NCBI RefSeq assembly: GCF_039654945.1
Contig: NW_027362356.1
Coordinates: forward strand, 1 to 64,000
Length of the DNA stretch: 64,000 nt
From: Dendrobates tinctorius
Lineage: Eukaryota
Direction of reading: 5' to 3'
The notes under the pieces are model-generated. The model ran no database searches. It was not told where the DNA came from and saw only the letters and a list, made by a program, of their open reading frames with translations. Both the position numbers and the translations under genes were made by a program. Positions 47,565 through 59,600 of this stretch are shown in pieces (position 1 is the stretch's first letter; each line of letters starts with the position of its first letter).

Positions 47565-50079
47565 TATATATGTAATCGATATTATACAGTGTATTACATA
47601 TTTACAATTTATTAGTTTTTTGTGTTCTAAAGTTGTATTCCAATAAATAGATATTATGTTCTATCTAAATATCTTGATTATTGTATCATAAAAATGATTA
47701 AATGTCTGATGTTCACATTGTACTACAATAAATATTTCACTTAAATATAAGCAATATATGTGGGAGCCGGAATTGGAGTCGGAGTTGGTGTAAGGGAAAT
47801 TGAGGAGTCGGAGGTTTGGCTTACCTACTCCACAGCCCTGATCAGTACAGGATCAGTAATGTATGTACAGTGACTGCAGCAGCAGAATAGTGAGTGCAGC
47901 TCTGGGGTATAATACAGGATGCAACTCAGGATCAGTACTGTATGTACACAGTGACTGCACCAGCAGAATAGTGAGTGCAGCTCTGGGGTATAATACAGGA
48001 TGCAACTCAGGATCAGTACTGTAATGTATGTACACAGTGACTGCACCAGCAGAATATTGAGTGCAGCTCTGGAGTATAATACAGGATGTAACTCAGGATC
48101 AGTAATGTAATGTATGTACACAGTGACTGCACCAGCAGAATAGTGAGTGCAGCTCTGGAGTGTAATACAGGATGTAACTCAGGATCAGTAATGTATGTAC
48201 ACAGTGACTGCACCAGCAGAATAGTGAGTGCAGCTCTGGGGTATAATATAGATGTAACTCAGGATCAGTAATGTATGTACGCAGTGACTGCACCAGCAGA
48301 ATAGTGAGTGCAGCTCTGGAGTATAATGCAGGATGTAATTCGGGATCAGTAATGTACACAGTGACTGCACCAGCAGAATAGTGAGTGCAGCTCTGGAGTA
48401 TAATACAGGATGTATCTCAGGATCAGTAATGTATGTACACAGTGACTGCATCAGCAGAATAGTGAGTGCAGCTCTGGAGTATAATACTGGAGGTAACTCA
48501 GGATTAGTGACATATTGCAGTGACTTGAGGGGTGGGGGGAAACCTGTGTGAGGGGATGGATTTTAGCCTTTTTAACAAAGAAAAAATGTCCAAGGGTTTG
48601 CAGTGACGGGGTCTTGCAGCCAATTCTGCAGTCGGTGCACACATACTCTTTTATGATTATGGGGACATGTTAGATGGGTTTGGTCACTTGGGCAATCCTG
48701 TAGATATTGTGTACCCTGCCGTACAGTGTCTGCTCTTCCTCAGCCATAGGCAAGTGTCTGTATATGATCTGATGGAAGAATGAGATGATTTTACACAGAC
48801 TGGTCTCAATCTTCCTAAAGGGATCGTCGTCTTCTCTGTGAACCCCTTAATTACTATATTTCCAATGTAAATTAACAGCCTGCGGTATCTGCACGGTCTC
48901 CTGTGCCGTTTGTGCACCTTGGTGTCTTATGGCTTTGGTTATATGAGCTTTGTTGGTTGCTGGTCAGGTAACGGCCGTCTAACCTACATATTTTTAATCT
49001 TTTTTTTCCATCACAAAGTAAAGTTTTTGCAAATATTTCCGTGACCACCCCCCCTACACGAGAAACCACCCACATGAATGTAACACGATCACAGGTGGAT
49101 GTGTTCCTGGCTGCGGAAGCGTCTGTGTAAATAAAGCTTATTTTAAAAAAAAAAAAAAAAAAACTAACTAACAGGAGGTGCTCAGTACTGCACATGGTGA
49201 GCGCTGGCTGGGATCAGCGCCGATGGGTCTTTTTTCCAATAAACTTTGGGTGTGACTGTACGTCCGGTCACAGAGCCCAGCAGTGCGCTTCCACGGGGGT
49301 CACTGGGGAGCCGGCGCGGCCGGTCTATGATTAGAGGAGATTTGGACTTGTATAGAAGGGTCCAAACCCCCTCACTGCAAATGTGCATCCACATGGGAGG
49401 GCACATGCACCACCAAACCCATCCTTCACATGTCAGTGGTGGAGGCTAAGAATCCAAACACATCCACTATCACTACACATGTGCGTCCATGGGCCAGTGA
49501 CATAGGGGCGCCTTTAATATACAATTATCTCAGCCATAAGTTATCCACATAACACCCGAGCCTGGACATAGGGTGCAGGCCCAATAGAGGCCATCACAGC
49601 CCCAATCAACAGCGCAAGAAATCTAGAAGCAAATACTTGCCCTGTGCTGTGGCTGCATGTCCATGGTGCTATAGATATTAGTGGCCACACTGCATTGTCT
49701 GCCCTGCAGCTACATGTGCCCCTACATAGCCATGGTGCTAAAGATTAGTGGCCACACTGCATGGTCTGCCGAGCGCTATATACACTGAGGTCCAGGGGTC
49801 ATAAAGACAGAGATACATGAAGATCAGGCCAGACAAGAACTCTCCCGACGACTGCTCTCACAAAATTAGGCTTTTTCTGAAACATCGCATTTTGCAGCAA
49901 AGCAAAGCTGCCCCTATTCACCCGGCCCACGGATCAGGCAGCTGTATGTGAGTGGGCTTAAAGACCAAGCAAGTTAGTTATGTAGTGATGACATCCATTC
50001 TGTATAATGTGCCAGGCTGTGGTACGGGTCACAAAGATACTTAGCTGGTGTAACCTGCACCCGGCTGTGGTAAGGGTCA

Positions 50080-50620
50080 TACAACCCTGTATAATCAGTG
50101 CCAGGCCATAGGCACTGATCCTGCATAATCTGTGCCAGACAATAGATAGTGACCCTGTATAATCACAGTGCAATCGCCATACAGACACTGACCCTGTACA
50201 ATCTGTGCTAGGCCATACAGACACCAAAACTATATAATCAGTTCCAGGTATACAGATACTGTATAATCAATGCCAGCCCATACAGACACTGACCGTGTTT
50301 TATCAGTACCAGTCTATACAGACACCCACCCTGTATAATGTGTACTAGGACATACAGACACTGACCCTGTATAATGTGCCAGGCCGTACAAACACCAACC
50401 CTGTATAATCGGTGCTAGGCCATACAGACACTGACCCTGTATAATCTGTGCCAGGTCGTACAGACACCTACCCTGTATAATCTGTGCCAGGCCATACAGA
50501 CACCGACCCTGTATAATCTGTGCCAGGCCGTACAGACACCTACCCTGTATAATCTGTGCGAGGCCATACAGACACCTACCCTGTATAATCGGTGCTAGGC
50601 CATACACATGCCAACACTGT
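50080..50620. repeat. ~36-bp minisatellite (GCCATACAGACACTGACCCTGTATAATCTGTGCCAG)
   Basis: Tandem, moderately diverged. Confidence 0.88.
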
Positions 50621-50623
50621 ATA

Positions 50624-52220
50624 CAGTGGGGCAAAAAAGTATTTAGTCAGTCAGCAATAGTGCAAGTTCCACCACTTAAAAAGATGAGAGGCGTCTAATT
50701 TACATCATAGGTAGACCTCAACTATGGGAGACAAACTGAGAAAAAAAAATACAGAAAATCACATTGTTTTTTTTTCATTTTATTTGCATATTATGGTGGA
50801 AAATAAGTATTTGGTCAGAAACAAAATTTCATCTCAATACTTTGTGATATATCCTTTGTTGGCAATGACAGAGGTCAAACGTTTTCTGTAAGTCTTCACA
50901 AGGTTGCCACACACTGTTGTTGGTATGTTGGCCCATTCCTCCATGCAGATCTCCTCTAGAGCAGTGATGTTTTTGGCTTTTCGCTTGGCAACACGGACTT
51001 TCAACTCCCTCCAAAGGTTTTCTATAGGGTTGAGATCTGGAGACTGGCTAGGCCACTCCAGGACCTTGAAATGCTTCTTACGAAGCCACTCCTTCGTTGC
51101 CCTGGCGGTGTGCTTTGGATCATTGTCATGTTGAAAGACCCAGCCACGTTTCATCTTCAATGCCCTTGCTGATGGAAGGAGGTTTGCACTCAAAATCTCA
51201 CGATACATGGCCCCATTCATTCTTTCATGTACCTGGATCAGTCGTCCTGGCCCCTTTGCAGAGAAACAGCCCCAAAGCATGATGTTTCCACCACCATGCT
51301 TTACAGTAGGTATGGTGTTTGATGGATGCAACTCAGTATTCTTTTTCCTCCAAACACGACAAGTTGTGTTTCTACCAAACAGTTCCAGTTTGGTTTCATC
51401 AGACCATAGGACATTCTCCCAAAACTCCTCTGGATCATCCAAATGCTCTCTAGCAAACTTCAGACGGGACCGGACATGTACAGGCTTAAGCAGTGGGACA
51501 CGTCTGGCACTGCAGGATCTGAGTCCATGGTGGCGTAGTGTGTTACTTATGGTAGGCCTTGTTACATTGGTCCCAGCTCTCTGCAGTTCATTCACTAGGT
51601 CCCCCCGCGTGGTTCTGGGATTTTTGCTCACCGTTCTTGTGATCATTCTGACCCCACGGGGTGGGATTTTGCGTGGAGCACCAGATCGAGGGAGATTATC
51701 AGTGGTCTTGTATGTCTTCCATTTTCTAATTATTGCTCCCACAGTTGATTTCTTCACGCCAAGCTGGTTGGCTATTGCAGATTCAGTCTTCCCAGCCTGG
51801 TGCAGGGCTACAATTTTGTTTCTGGTGTCCTTTGACAGCTCTTTGGTCTTCACCATAGTGGAGTTTGGAGTCTGACTGTTTGAGGGTGTGCACAGGTGTC
51901 TTTTTATACTGATAACAAGCTTAAACAGGTGCCATTACTACAGGTAATGAGTGGAGGAAAGAGGAGACTCTTAAAGAAGAAGTTACAGGTCTGTGAGAGC
52001 CAGAAATCTTGATTGCTTGTTTCTGACCAAATACTTATTTTCCACCATAATATGCAAATAAAATGAAAAAACAGACAATGTGATTTTCTGGATTTTTTTT
52101 TCTCAGTTTGTCTCCCAAAGTTGAGGTCTACCTATGATGTAAATTACAGACGCCTCTCATCTTTTTAAGTGGTGGAACTTGCACTATTGCTGACTGACTA
52201 AATACTTTTTTGCCCCACTG
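50624..52220 (-). mobile_element. Full-length Tc1-family DNA transposon (1597 bp)
   Basis: TA-flanked ~200-bp TIRs CAGTGGGGCAAAAAAGTATTTAGTCAGTCAGC... with inner direct repeat AAAATAAGTATTTGGTCA. Confidence 0.96.
50834..51856 (-). CDS. Tc1 transposase, DD34E, intact 340-aa ORF
   Basis: [16 protein letters not shown]..., [26 protein letters not shown], and C-terminal KGYITKY. Confidence 0.93.
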   Translation of the reverse strand: MVKTKELSKDTRNKIVALHQAGKTESAIANQLGVKKSTVGAIIRKWKTYKTTDNLPRSGAPRKIPPRGVRMITRTVSKNPRTTRGDLVNELQRAGTNVTRPTISNTLRHHGLRSCSARRVPLLKPVHVRSRLKFAREHLDDPEEFWENVLWSDETKLELFGRNTTCRVWRKKNTELHPSNTIPTVKHGGGNIMLWGCFSAKGPGRLIQVHERMNGAMYREILSANLLPSARALKMKRGWVFQHDNDPKHTARATKEWLRKKHFKVLEWPSQSPDLNPIENLWRELKVRVAKRKAKNITALEEICMEEWANIPTTVCGNLVKTYRKRLTSVIANKGYITKY

Positions 52221-52726
52221 TATGTGGTAGACAGTGGTACAGGCCATACCAGTTTGGCAGCGTGTCAGGACCACTCCAGACTTTAGCAGGGGGATGTGTT
52301 TGGAGCCAACGTTTAGTTTAATAAAACAATAATCTATGGAAGGATATAACACAAGGATTCTTACAAAACTGATGTGGAAACTGAACGGTGCCCCACACGG
52401 GAAAAAAAATAAAAACAAGAACATACATATGACAAGGTGAATTCCTTCTTGCGGCAGAAGCAGACGTTTGTGTCAGCGCCGCCCCCTTTAGCCTCGAGGG
52501 CAGGTTCACTCTCCGGTGAGGGTAAGGGCTCGGCCACCACTGGCTCTGTGTGAAGAACCCATAAGGAAAGTATTTGCTCTTTATAAGGAGTCCATACAGG
52601 GCTTAGCATTACATAATCCATAGGACATGAGGAGCTTGTAATAAGGTGTAGGGTCTGGTAATATATATTCCTCTAGGCCGAGCCGTTCCCAGAGGCGCAT
52701 CCAGCACAAGTCCACGGGGCTCCGTG

Positions 52727-55700
52727 TTATTTCACCAGCGGCCGTGTTTTGTCGTCATCGCTGCATTGATGAGCTTTGTATTTTTTCACCTCTGCCATGT
52801 ACTGTGCCCACGCGCCACCCTTATGTGTCAGGATCTGGAGGAAGAAGAAACCGAAGGTTACCATGCAGAGGCTGCAACCCCCAACACAAGGAATACTCAT
52901 CCACCCTTTACTAGATGAGGGCCCCCCCCTGACTATAAGGTCACAGATGAGAGGCGACTACCATTTGGGGTGCACTGCTTTACTGCAAGAAAGGTAAAGA
53001 AGCCCTCCAAGGATAGAAGGCAGGAGTCGTGTGCAAACCAGAAAGGAGCAACGCAGGGCTGGATTTCTTTTCTATGGTGCTCCAGATGGCTACGTGCACT
53101 AGCCACTTATAGACCCGTCCTAGCCCACCACAGCAGATGGCTATAGTCACAGTCCATTATATATATGTATACCAACACACATTGTAGGTCCGAGCCTCGC
53201 TGAATCAGACAGTATGAATACCATACACCTCCATGAGACGTCAGGCCACAGCTTTGTGCATCACTTCCAGGAGGCTCAGACATTACCCACGTACACCGCA
53301 CTCCATCTTTACATCTTAGCATTTCATAACTAACGTTTCTCACCTCTTCCTCCATCTTTGGCTTCTTGGTGACCATGCCCGTCTTCAGTGCCAGCTTTGC
53401 CCCTCCTCTACGCTTGCCCACCTGGGGGTGGAAGGGACAGAAGACTGCAACCGTTATACGAGCCCTGGCAGCCTCTCTGAGTCCCTCTATATGACAGAAT
53501 ATAAGGGAGGCCTGGGTTAGACAGGCACAAAACACTCCCCACCTCCAGACACCACCTTTCCTCCTCATGGGGAAACTAGCAGGATGATGGTGGCGGCATC
53601 CTCCACACCATGTACAGATCCAGACACGTATTCATGAGAAACATTCAAAAGGAGCAGCGGAATGTTAGGGAAACGACTGATACTAAACTAACCTTGTTGC
53701 TTTAACAGTCCCCAGCCTCCTGCCAAGGGGGCTCCAGAGCCTGATAGTAGCCCCCAATAAACTCCGACATCCAGAAATTACAGAAACTAGTTCAGGCCTC
53801 AACGTATGTAGGAGCTAGTGATGAGCGACCGTGCTCGGATGCTGTGCTATCCCAGTGTCCTCAGCCTACTCGAATAATATGTCCGAGTCCCCGCGGCTGT
53901 TAGGCAATCTTCATGTGTTGCAGCTGTCTAACAGCCGCAAAACATGCAGCTGTGGGGACTCTGATAACACAATATTCAAGCAGGCCGAAGATACTCGGAT
54001 AACACAATATTAGAGCACGCTTGCTCATCACTAGTTGGAACACAAAGCCTGGAGAGAAGGACCAGTCCGGTCTCAGTCAGGAGCTACAATCCCCCTTCCC
54101 CTCCTAGCCCAACTTGTCACAATTGAAAAATGCAAATAAAGTCTCAAGCGTCTAGTAGGCGGTCTCAAGTTTCCTCTTAATAAACCCCCACCCTGTGCCT
54201 CCCATCAGGTCTGGATTGACAACGCAGACATTGCTTTACATCACTATCATTTTTTCATGGACGGGCCATGTAAGCAGGAGGTCACAGATGACGTGGCTGA
54301 GCACTGCAGGTGCTTTGTCCCAGGACAGCATGGTATGTGAGATCTCTCTGCAGAACACTAATGTAGGACATTCAGCTGTCAATCAAGAACAAGGGGGAGG
54401 AGTTACTGACTAGTAATAAGGAGCTGCCATCCTCCTTGTAAAGTAATGCATTCCTGCCATTACCAGCCATCATCTACCCGCAGGGATGCAGAGACCCCTA
54501 CTGATATCTGGCTTCAGAAATGATTATTTATGGAGCTGCTTCGTTTATGCTGCAGTTAACGAACGGAGAGGGGTCCACAAGATCACCTCTGCTCCATCCC
54601 AACAGGGGGGTGACAGTCCCAGTAGTTGGGCCTACACTGATCTCTTATCACTGACCCAGTGTACAGGTGATAGCTTAGTGCTGGGATCTGTTCCTCTGTT
54701 ATTCCTCCTGGGAACTTAGAAGGGTGAGCCAATCCATTTGCAGGACCCTGGTCCAGCAGCCAAGTCAGTATTCCACACGGAAGCCCTGCAAATCGCCCTC
54801 TACCTGCTGGAATCCCAGACGCCTCCTAGTTTGTAGATCTGGAGTGACACACTGATTGAGCAGAACAAACGCCAAGGGATTCCAGCAAGTAGGAGGTAGC
54901 GTGCGGGGTTCCCCAAATACTGATGTGGCTGCTGGATCAGGGTCCTGGGAGCAGATCTGCTCATCTCTATAGACAGCGATGGTCCCTGCACACCGACACC
55001 GTCCCATCAGAGAGATGGTTCATCTACACTGGCACGCAATTTGTGAATGGCAAATGATCTACTGGTAAATATTCCATCTGATAACAGGGGCATAAACCAT
55101 CCACTGTCAGAATTACATCAGTATTTGTAATCCAAAACCAGGAGTGGGTGATAATCCAGAAGTGGTGCCGCGCTTCTATTATACTTATCCTCTCCCGATT
55201 ATGGCTACAAATACTGACGGAATACTGCACATGTGAACGCAGCCTTATCGGCAGCACACGGTGTGAGCAGAGGAGGGGCTGGACCTGGAGGTAGAGCGAC
55301 CGCGTCATTGTGAGCCCCAACAGACCGGTACGTAGCGAAGCGCCACTCGCCACGTTAGGTGATGTTACTGATCGTGGGGGTCCAACCGCTGGTAGATGGG
55401 GGGGGATTCTCATCTCCATTACATAGTCGGACGCCCCTTCATCGTCTGTGGGGCTGCTGGATAAGTCCAGGCCCAGCGGTGAGCAGCCCCCCGGGTGCCG
55501 GGTCTGTGCCGCTGCATGTCCACAGCCCTGTATACATAGATAAGCGGCTGACGGCTCGCTCTGCACAATGTATACAGGGGCCAACATGTCTCCCACCATT
55601 TCCAGGGGGAACAACAGAGGAGCCACCATTAGGGTCAGTATCTAGGAGGTGGCGATGGTCACCCAGCCTTCCTGCAGGGCAGAGGATAAGGACCACAAGT

Positions 55701-56078
55701 CCCAGTATCCCCCTGGCAGCGCACAGGCTCTTGCAGGACATTCTGGGACTTGTAGTTCTCCGTCGTGTTTGGGGGGGGCCTTACAAAGCTGGTGGGCGTC
55801 CGCTTGTCCGGCTTCTTCCTCTCCTCCGGCTCCCTGCCCTCCTCCTGGCTCCCTGACGCCTCCATCTTCTTCTTGAAAAGCTCCAGGAAGCTGCCGTCAT
55901 TGGCGAAGAGGTTCAACCCGGAGCCTGAGGGGAGGCCGGCGGAGGAGGGAGCCTCGGCCCCGGGCGGCGGGGGAGGAGGAGAGTCCGCGGCCTCTTCTTC
56001 CTGTTCTACCTCCGCGGCCTCCTCCGCTTCTTCCGCGGCGTCTTCCTCCGAACCAGGCCGCGGACTTCTTTCCGCCAT
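52727..56078 (-). CDS. TRIR: Telomerase RNA component interacting RNase (C19orf43), 159 aa, 3 exons
   Basis: Exons 55785-56078, 53344-53421 and 52727-52834, all phase 0 and GT-AG. Conserved NLFANDGSFLELFKKKME, SF-VGKRRGG.KLALKTGMV.KK and AW.QYMAEVKKYKAHQC.DDDKTRPLVK*. Head-to-head with GET3 as in human. Confidence 0.94.
53200..53270 (-). ncRNA. SNORD41: Box C/D snoRNA, SNORD41/U41-like, copy 3 (TRIR intron 2)
   Basis: CTGGA-A-GTGATGC...CCTGACGT(D')...GTATTCATACTG-T-CTGA-TTCAG. The guide, D box and CCTGACGT internal motif match copy 2, and it is sense to TRIR. Confidence 0.75.
53816..54034. mobile_element. Small MITE in TRIR intron 1
   Basis: Inverted termini CTAGTGATGAGC...GCTCATCACTAG with internal inverted segments. 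Confidence 0.6.
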
Positions 56079-56699
56079 TTTCACACGGTGAGAGTGTCCA
56101 CGTCACAGAGCGGCAGCATACAGCCTCCCGTTACACCGTCGCCCACCCCCCCTTAAAAAAAAAAAGGCGGAACCGGGAAAGCGAAAATAAAAATGGCGGC
56201 GCGCCTCTGCTTGAGGTAAAAGAAGAACTCGGCCCTGCTGGAGGCGGGAATAGAAAAAAAATTGCTTAGAAACACGAGAGCCAATAATATGACACAAAAG
56301 ATGTGACGTTGTCCAATGAGAGATGGTCTCATCGTGATGGGCAGTTCGATTATCCAATGACTCGGCTGCTGGGATAAACTTGAAGGCTATTAGTTGCTTC
56401 ATTGCGCTACACTTTCCTGTTCGAGATTGACGTAAGAGTCAACCAATCAAAGCTTGGAAAGAAAGGGGTTATCCAATCATGCTTTGGCGTCAGTAGTTTG
56501 ACAGTGATAGGCATCAGAAGGAGCTAATCATAAACAAAGCTGTGTATGGTCGTCATTGATTGACATGTCAGCTAACCAATAGCGAAAGCGATGCTGCCCA
56601 CAAGGCTCGTTCGGATTGGTCAGAGGAGATAGCTGGGTGATTGTGTAGGGTTATGCGCGGGGTGGAGGAACTGTCGCCGTCACGTGATACCTGGAGAAA
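56079..56699. promoter_or_regulatory. Bidirectional TRIR/GET3 promoter
   Basis: About 620 bp between divergent ATGs, with at least six CCAAT/ATTGG boxes, YY1 motif AAAATGGCGGC ~56190, TGACGT half-CREs and E-box GTCACGTGA ~56679. Confidence 0.8.
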
Positions 56700-59600
56700 A
56701 TGGCTGCGCCGGGGGATGATGAGTTTGAAGATGCTCCAGATGTGGAGCCGCTAGAGCCCACCCTACTCAATGTGATAGAGCAGCGCTCACTCAGGTGGAT
56801 CTTTGTAGGAGGAAAGGGCGGAGTGGGCAAGACCACCTGCAGGTAGGGACTAGGGGTGGACTGAACCAAGTGTGGGGAGGAGGTGGTGGTGCGGGGGTGT
56901 TTTGGGGAGGGGAAGCCCATTGGGCGCTCACTGTCACGTGACTTCAGGATCTGACTACACGTTGTTCTGTAGTCTGTATCCATGGTGACGGGTCAGTCTG
57001 CGCAGGAGCTGTGGACACCAAACGCTGAGGCTTCACTTGGGAATGTCAAAGTTGGTTGCAAAAGTATATGCGCCCTTTCAGTGATTAAGCAGGCCAGGTA
57101 GCGCCCTAACGACTACACATTCCCGCTGATCACCCCCAGGAAGGAGGTGGGCAGCTCGTATCCTCCTGCTGGACCCCCGAGGGACCTCGATATTAGCGGG
57201 TTCGCCATCGGTGACTGGTGTGTTGGATCTTATATGAAGAGCACCCTGCAAGGCCCCCATACATGAGGAGCACCCTGCAAGGCCCCCCATACATGAGGAG
57301 CACCCTGCAAGGCCCCCCATATATGAAGAGCACCCTGCAAGGCCCCCCATACATGAGGAGCACCCTGCAAGGCCCCCCATACATGAGGAGCACCCTGCAA
57401 GGCCCCCCATACATGAGGAGCACCCTGCAAGGCCCCCCATACATGAAGAGCACCCTGCAAGGCCCCCCATATATGAAGAGCACCCTGCAAGGCCACCCAT
57501 ACATGAGGAGCACCCTGCAAGGCCCCCCCATATATGAAGAGCACCCTGCAAGGCCACCCATACATGAGGAGCACCCTGCAAGGCCCCCCATACATGAGGA
57601 GCACCCTGCAAGGCCCCCCATACATGAAGAGCACCCTGCAAGGCCACCCATACATGAGGAGCACCCTGCAAGGCCCCCCATACATGAGGAGCACCCTGCA
57701 AGGCCCCCCATACATGAAGAGCACCCTGCAAGGCCCCCCATATATGAAGAGCACCCTGCAAGGCCACCCATACATGAGGAGCACCCTGCAAGCCCCCCCC
57801 ATACATGAGGAGCACCCTGCAAGGCCCCCCCATACATGAGGAGCACCCTGCAAGGCCCCCCCCATACATGAAGAGCACCCTGCAAGGCCCCCCATACACG
57901 AGGAGCACCCTGCAAGGCCCCCCCATACATGAAGAGCACCCTGCAAGGCCCCCCATACATGAGGAGCACCCTGCAAGGCCCCCCCATACATGAGGAGCAC
58001 CCTGCAAGGCCCCCCCATACATGAGGAGCACCCTGCAAGGCCCCCCCATACATGAGGAGCACCCTGCAAGGCCCCCCCATACATGAGGAGCACCCTGCAA
58101 GGCCCCCCCCATACATGAAGAGCACCCTGCAAGGCCCCCCATACACGAGGAGCACCCTGCAAGGCCCCCCCATACATGAAGAGCACCCTGCAAGGCCCCC
58201 CATATATGACGAGCATCCTGCAAGGCCCCCCATACATGAAGAGCACCCTGCAAGGCCCCCCCCATATATGAGGAGCACCCTGCAAGGCCCCTCATATATG
58301 AAGAGCACCCTGCAAGGCCCCCCATACATGAGGAGCACCCTGCAAGGCCCCCCATACATGAAGAGCACTCTGCAAGGCCCCCCATACATGAAGAGCACTC
58401 TGCAAGGCCCCCCATACATGAAGAGCACCCTGCAAGGCCCCCCCATACATGAGGAGCACCCTGCAAGGCCCCCCATACATGAGGAGCACCCTGCAAGGCC
58501 CCCCATACATGAGGAGCACCCTGCAAGGCCCCCCATACATGAGGAGCACCCTGCAAGGCCCCCCATACATGAGGAGCACCCTGCAAGGCCCCCCATATAT
58601 GAAGAGCACCCTGCAAGGCCCCCCCCCATACATGAGGAGCACCCTGCAAGGCCCCCCCATACATGAGGAGCACCCTGCAAGGCCCCCCATACATGAGGAG
58701 CACCCTGCAAGGCCCCCCATACATGAGGAGCACCCTGCAAGGCCCCCCATATATGAAGAGCACCCTGCAAGGCTCCCCATATATGAGGAGCACCCTGCAA
58801 GGCCCCCCATATATGAAGAGCACCCTGCAAGGCCCCCCATATATGAAGAGCACCCTGCAAGGCTCCCCATATATGAGGAGCACCCTGCAAGGCCCCCCAT
58901 ATATGAGGAGCAGCACCCTGCAAGGCCCCCCATATATGAGGAGCAGCACCCTGCAAGGCCCCCCATATATGAGGAGCAGCACCCTGCAAGGCCCCCCATA
59001 TATGAGGAGCAGCACCCTGCAAGGCCCCCCATATATGAGGAGCAGCACCATGCAAGGCCCCCCATATATGAGGAGCAGCACCCTGCAAGGCCCCCCATAT
59101 ATGAGGAGCAGCACCTTGCAAGGCCCCCCATACATGAGGAGCAGCACCCTGCAAGGCCCCCCATACATGAGGAACAGCACCCTGCAAGGCCCCCCATATA
59201 TGAGGAGCAGCACCCTGCAAGGCCCCCCCTATATGAGGAGCAGCACCCTGCAAGGCCCCCCCTATATGAGGAGCAGCACCCTGCAAGGCCCCCCCTATAT
59301 GAGGAGCAGCACCCTGCAAGGCCCCCCCCTATATGAGGAGCAGCACCCTGCAAGGCCCCTCCTATATGAGGAGCAGCACCCTGCAAGGCCCCTCCTATAT
59401 GAGGAGCAGCACCCTGCAAGGCCCATCATATATGAGGAGCAGCACCCTGCAAGGCCCATCATATATGAGGAGCAGCACCCTGCAAGGCCCCCCCATATAT
59501 GAGGAGCAGCACCCTGCAAGGCCCATCATATATGAGGAGCAGCACCCTGCAAGGCCCCCCATATATGAGAAGCAGCACCCTGCCAGGCGCCCCATATATG

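Larger units (their letters stand above)
45226..47840. mobile_element. Non-autonomous hAT-type DNA transposon hosting a nested Tc1
   Basis: TIR CAGGGCTGTGGAGT / ACTCCACAGCCCTG, an exact 8-bp TSD ATCAGTAC (45218-45225, 47841-47848), and subterminal GGAGTC repeats. Confidence 0.85.
45085..48505. repeat. ~81-bp tandem repeat (CAGTGACTGCACCAGCAGAATAGTGAGTGCAGCTCTGG...), interrupted by a hAT-type element
   Basis: Units at 45085-45225 and 47849-48505; inverted units at 43330-43430. Confidence 0.9.

Noticed and set aside
55024-55876. Several 75-200 aa ORFs in TRIR intron 1
   Set aside because: They are GC-rich intronic or antisense ORFs without recognisable domains.
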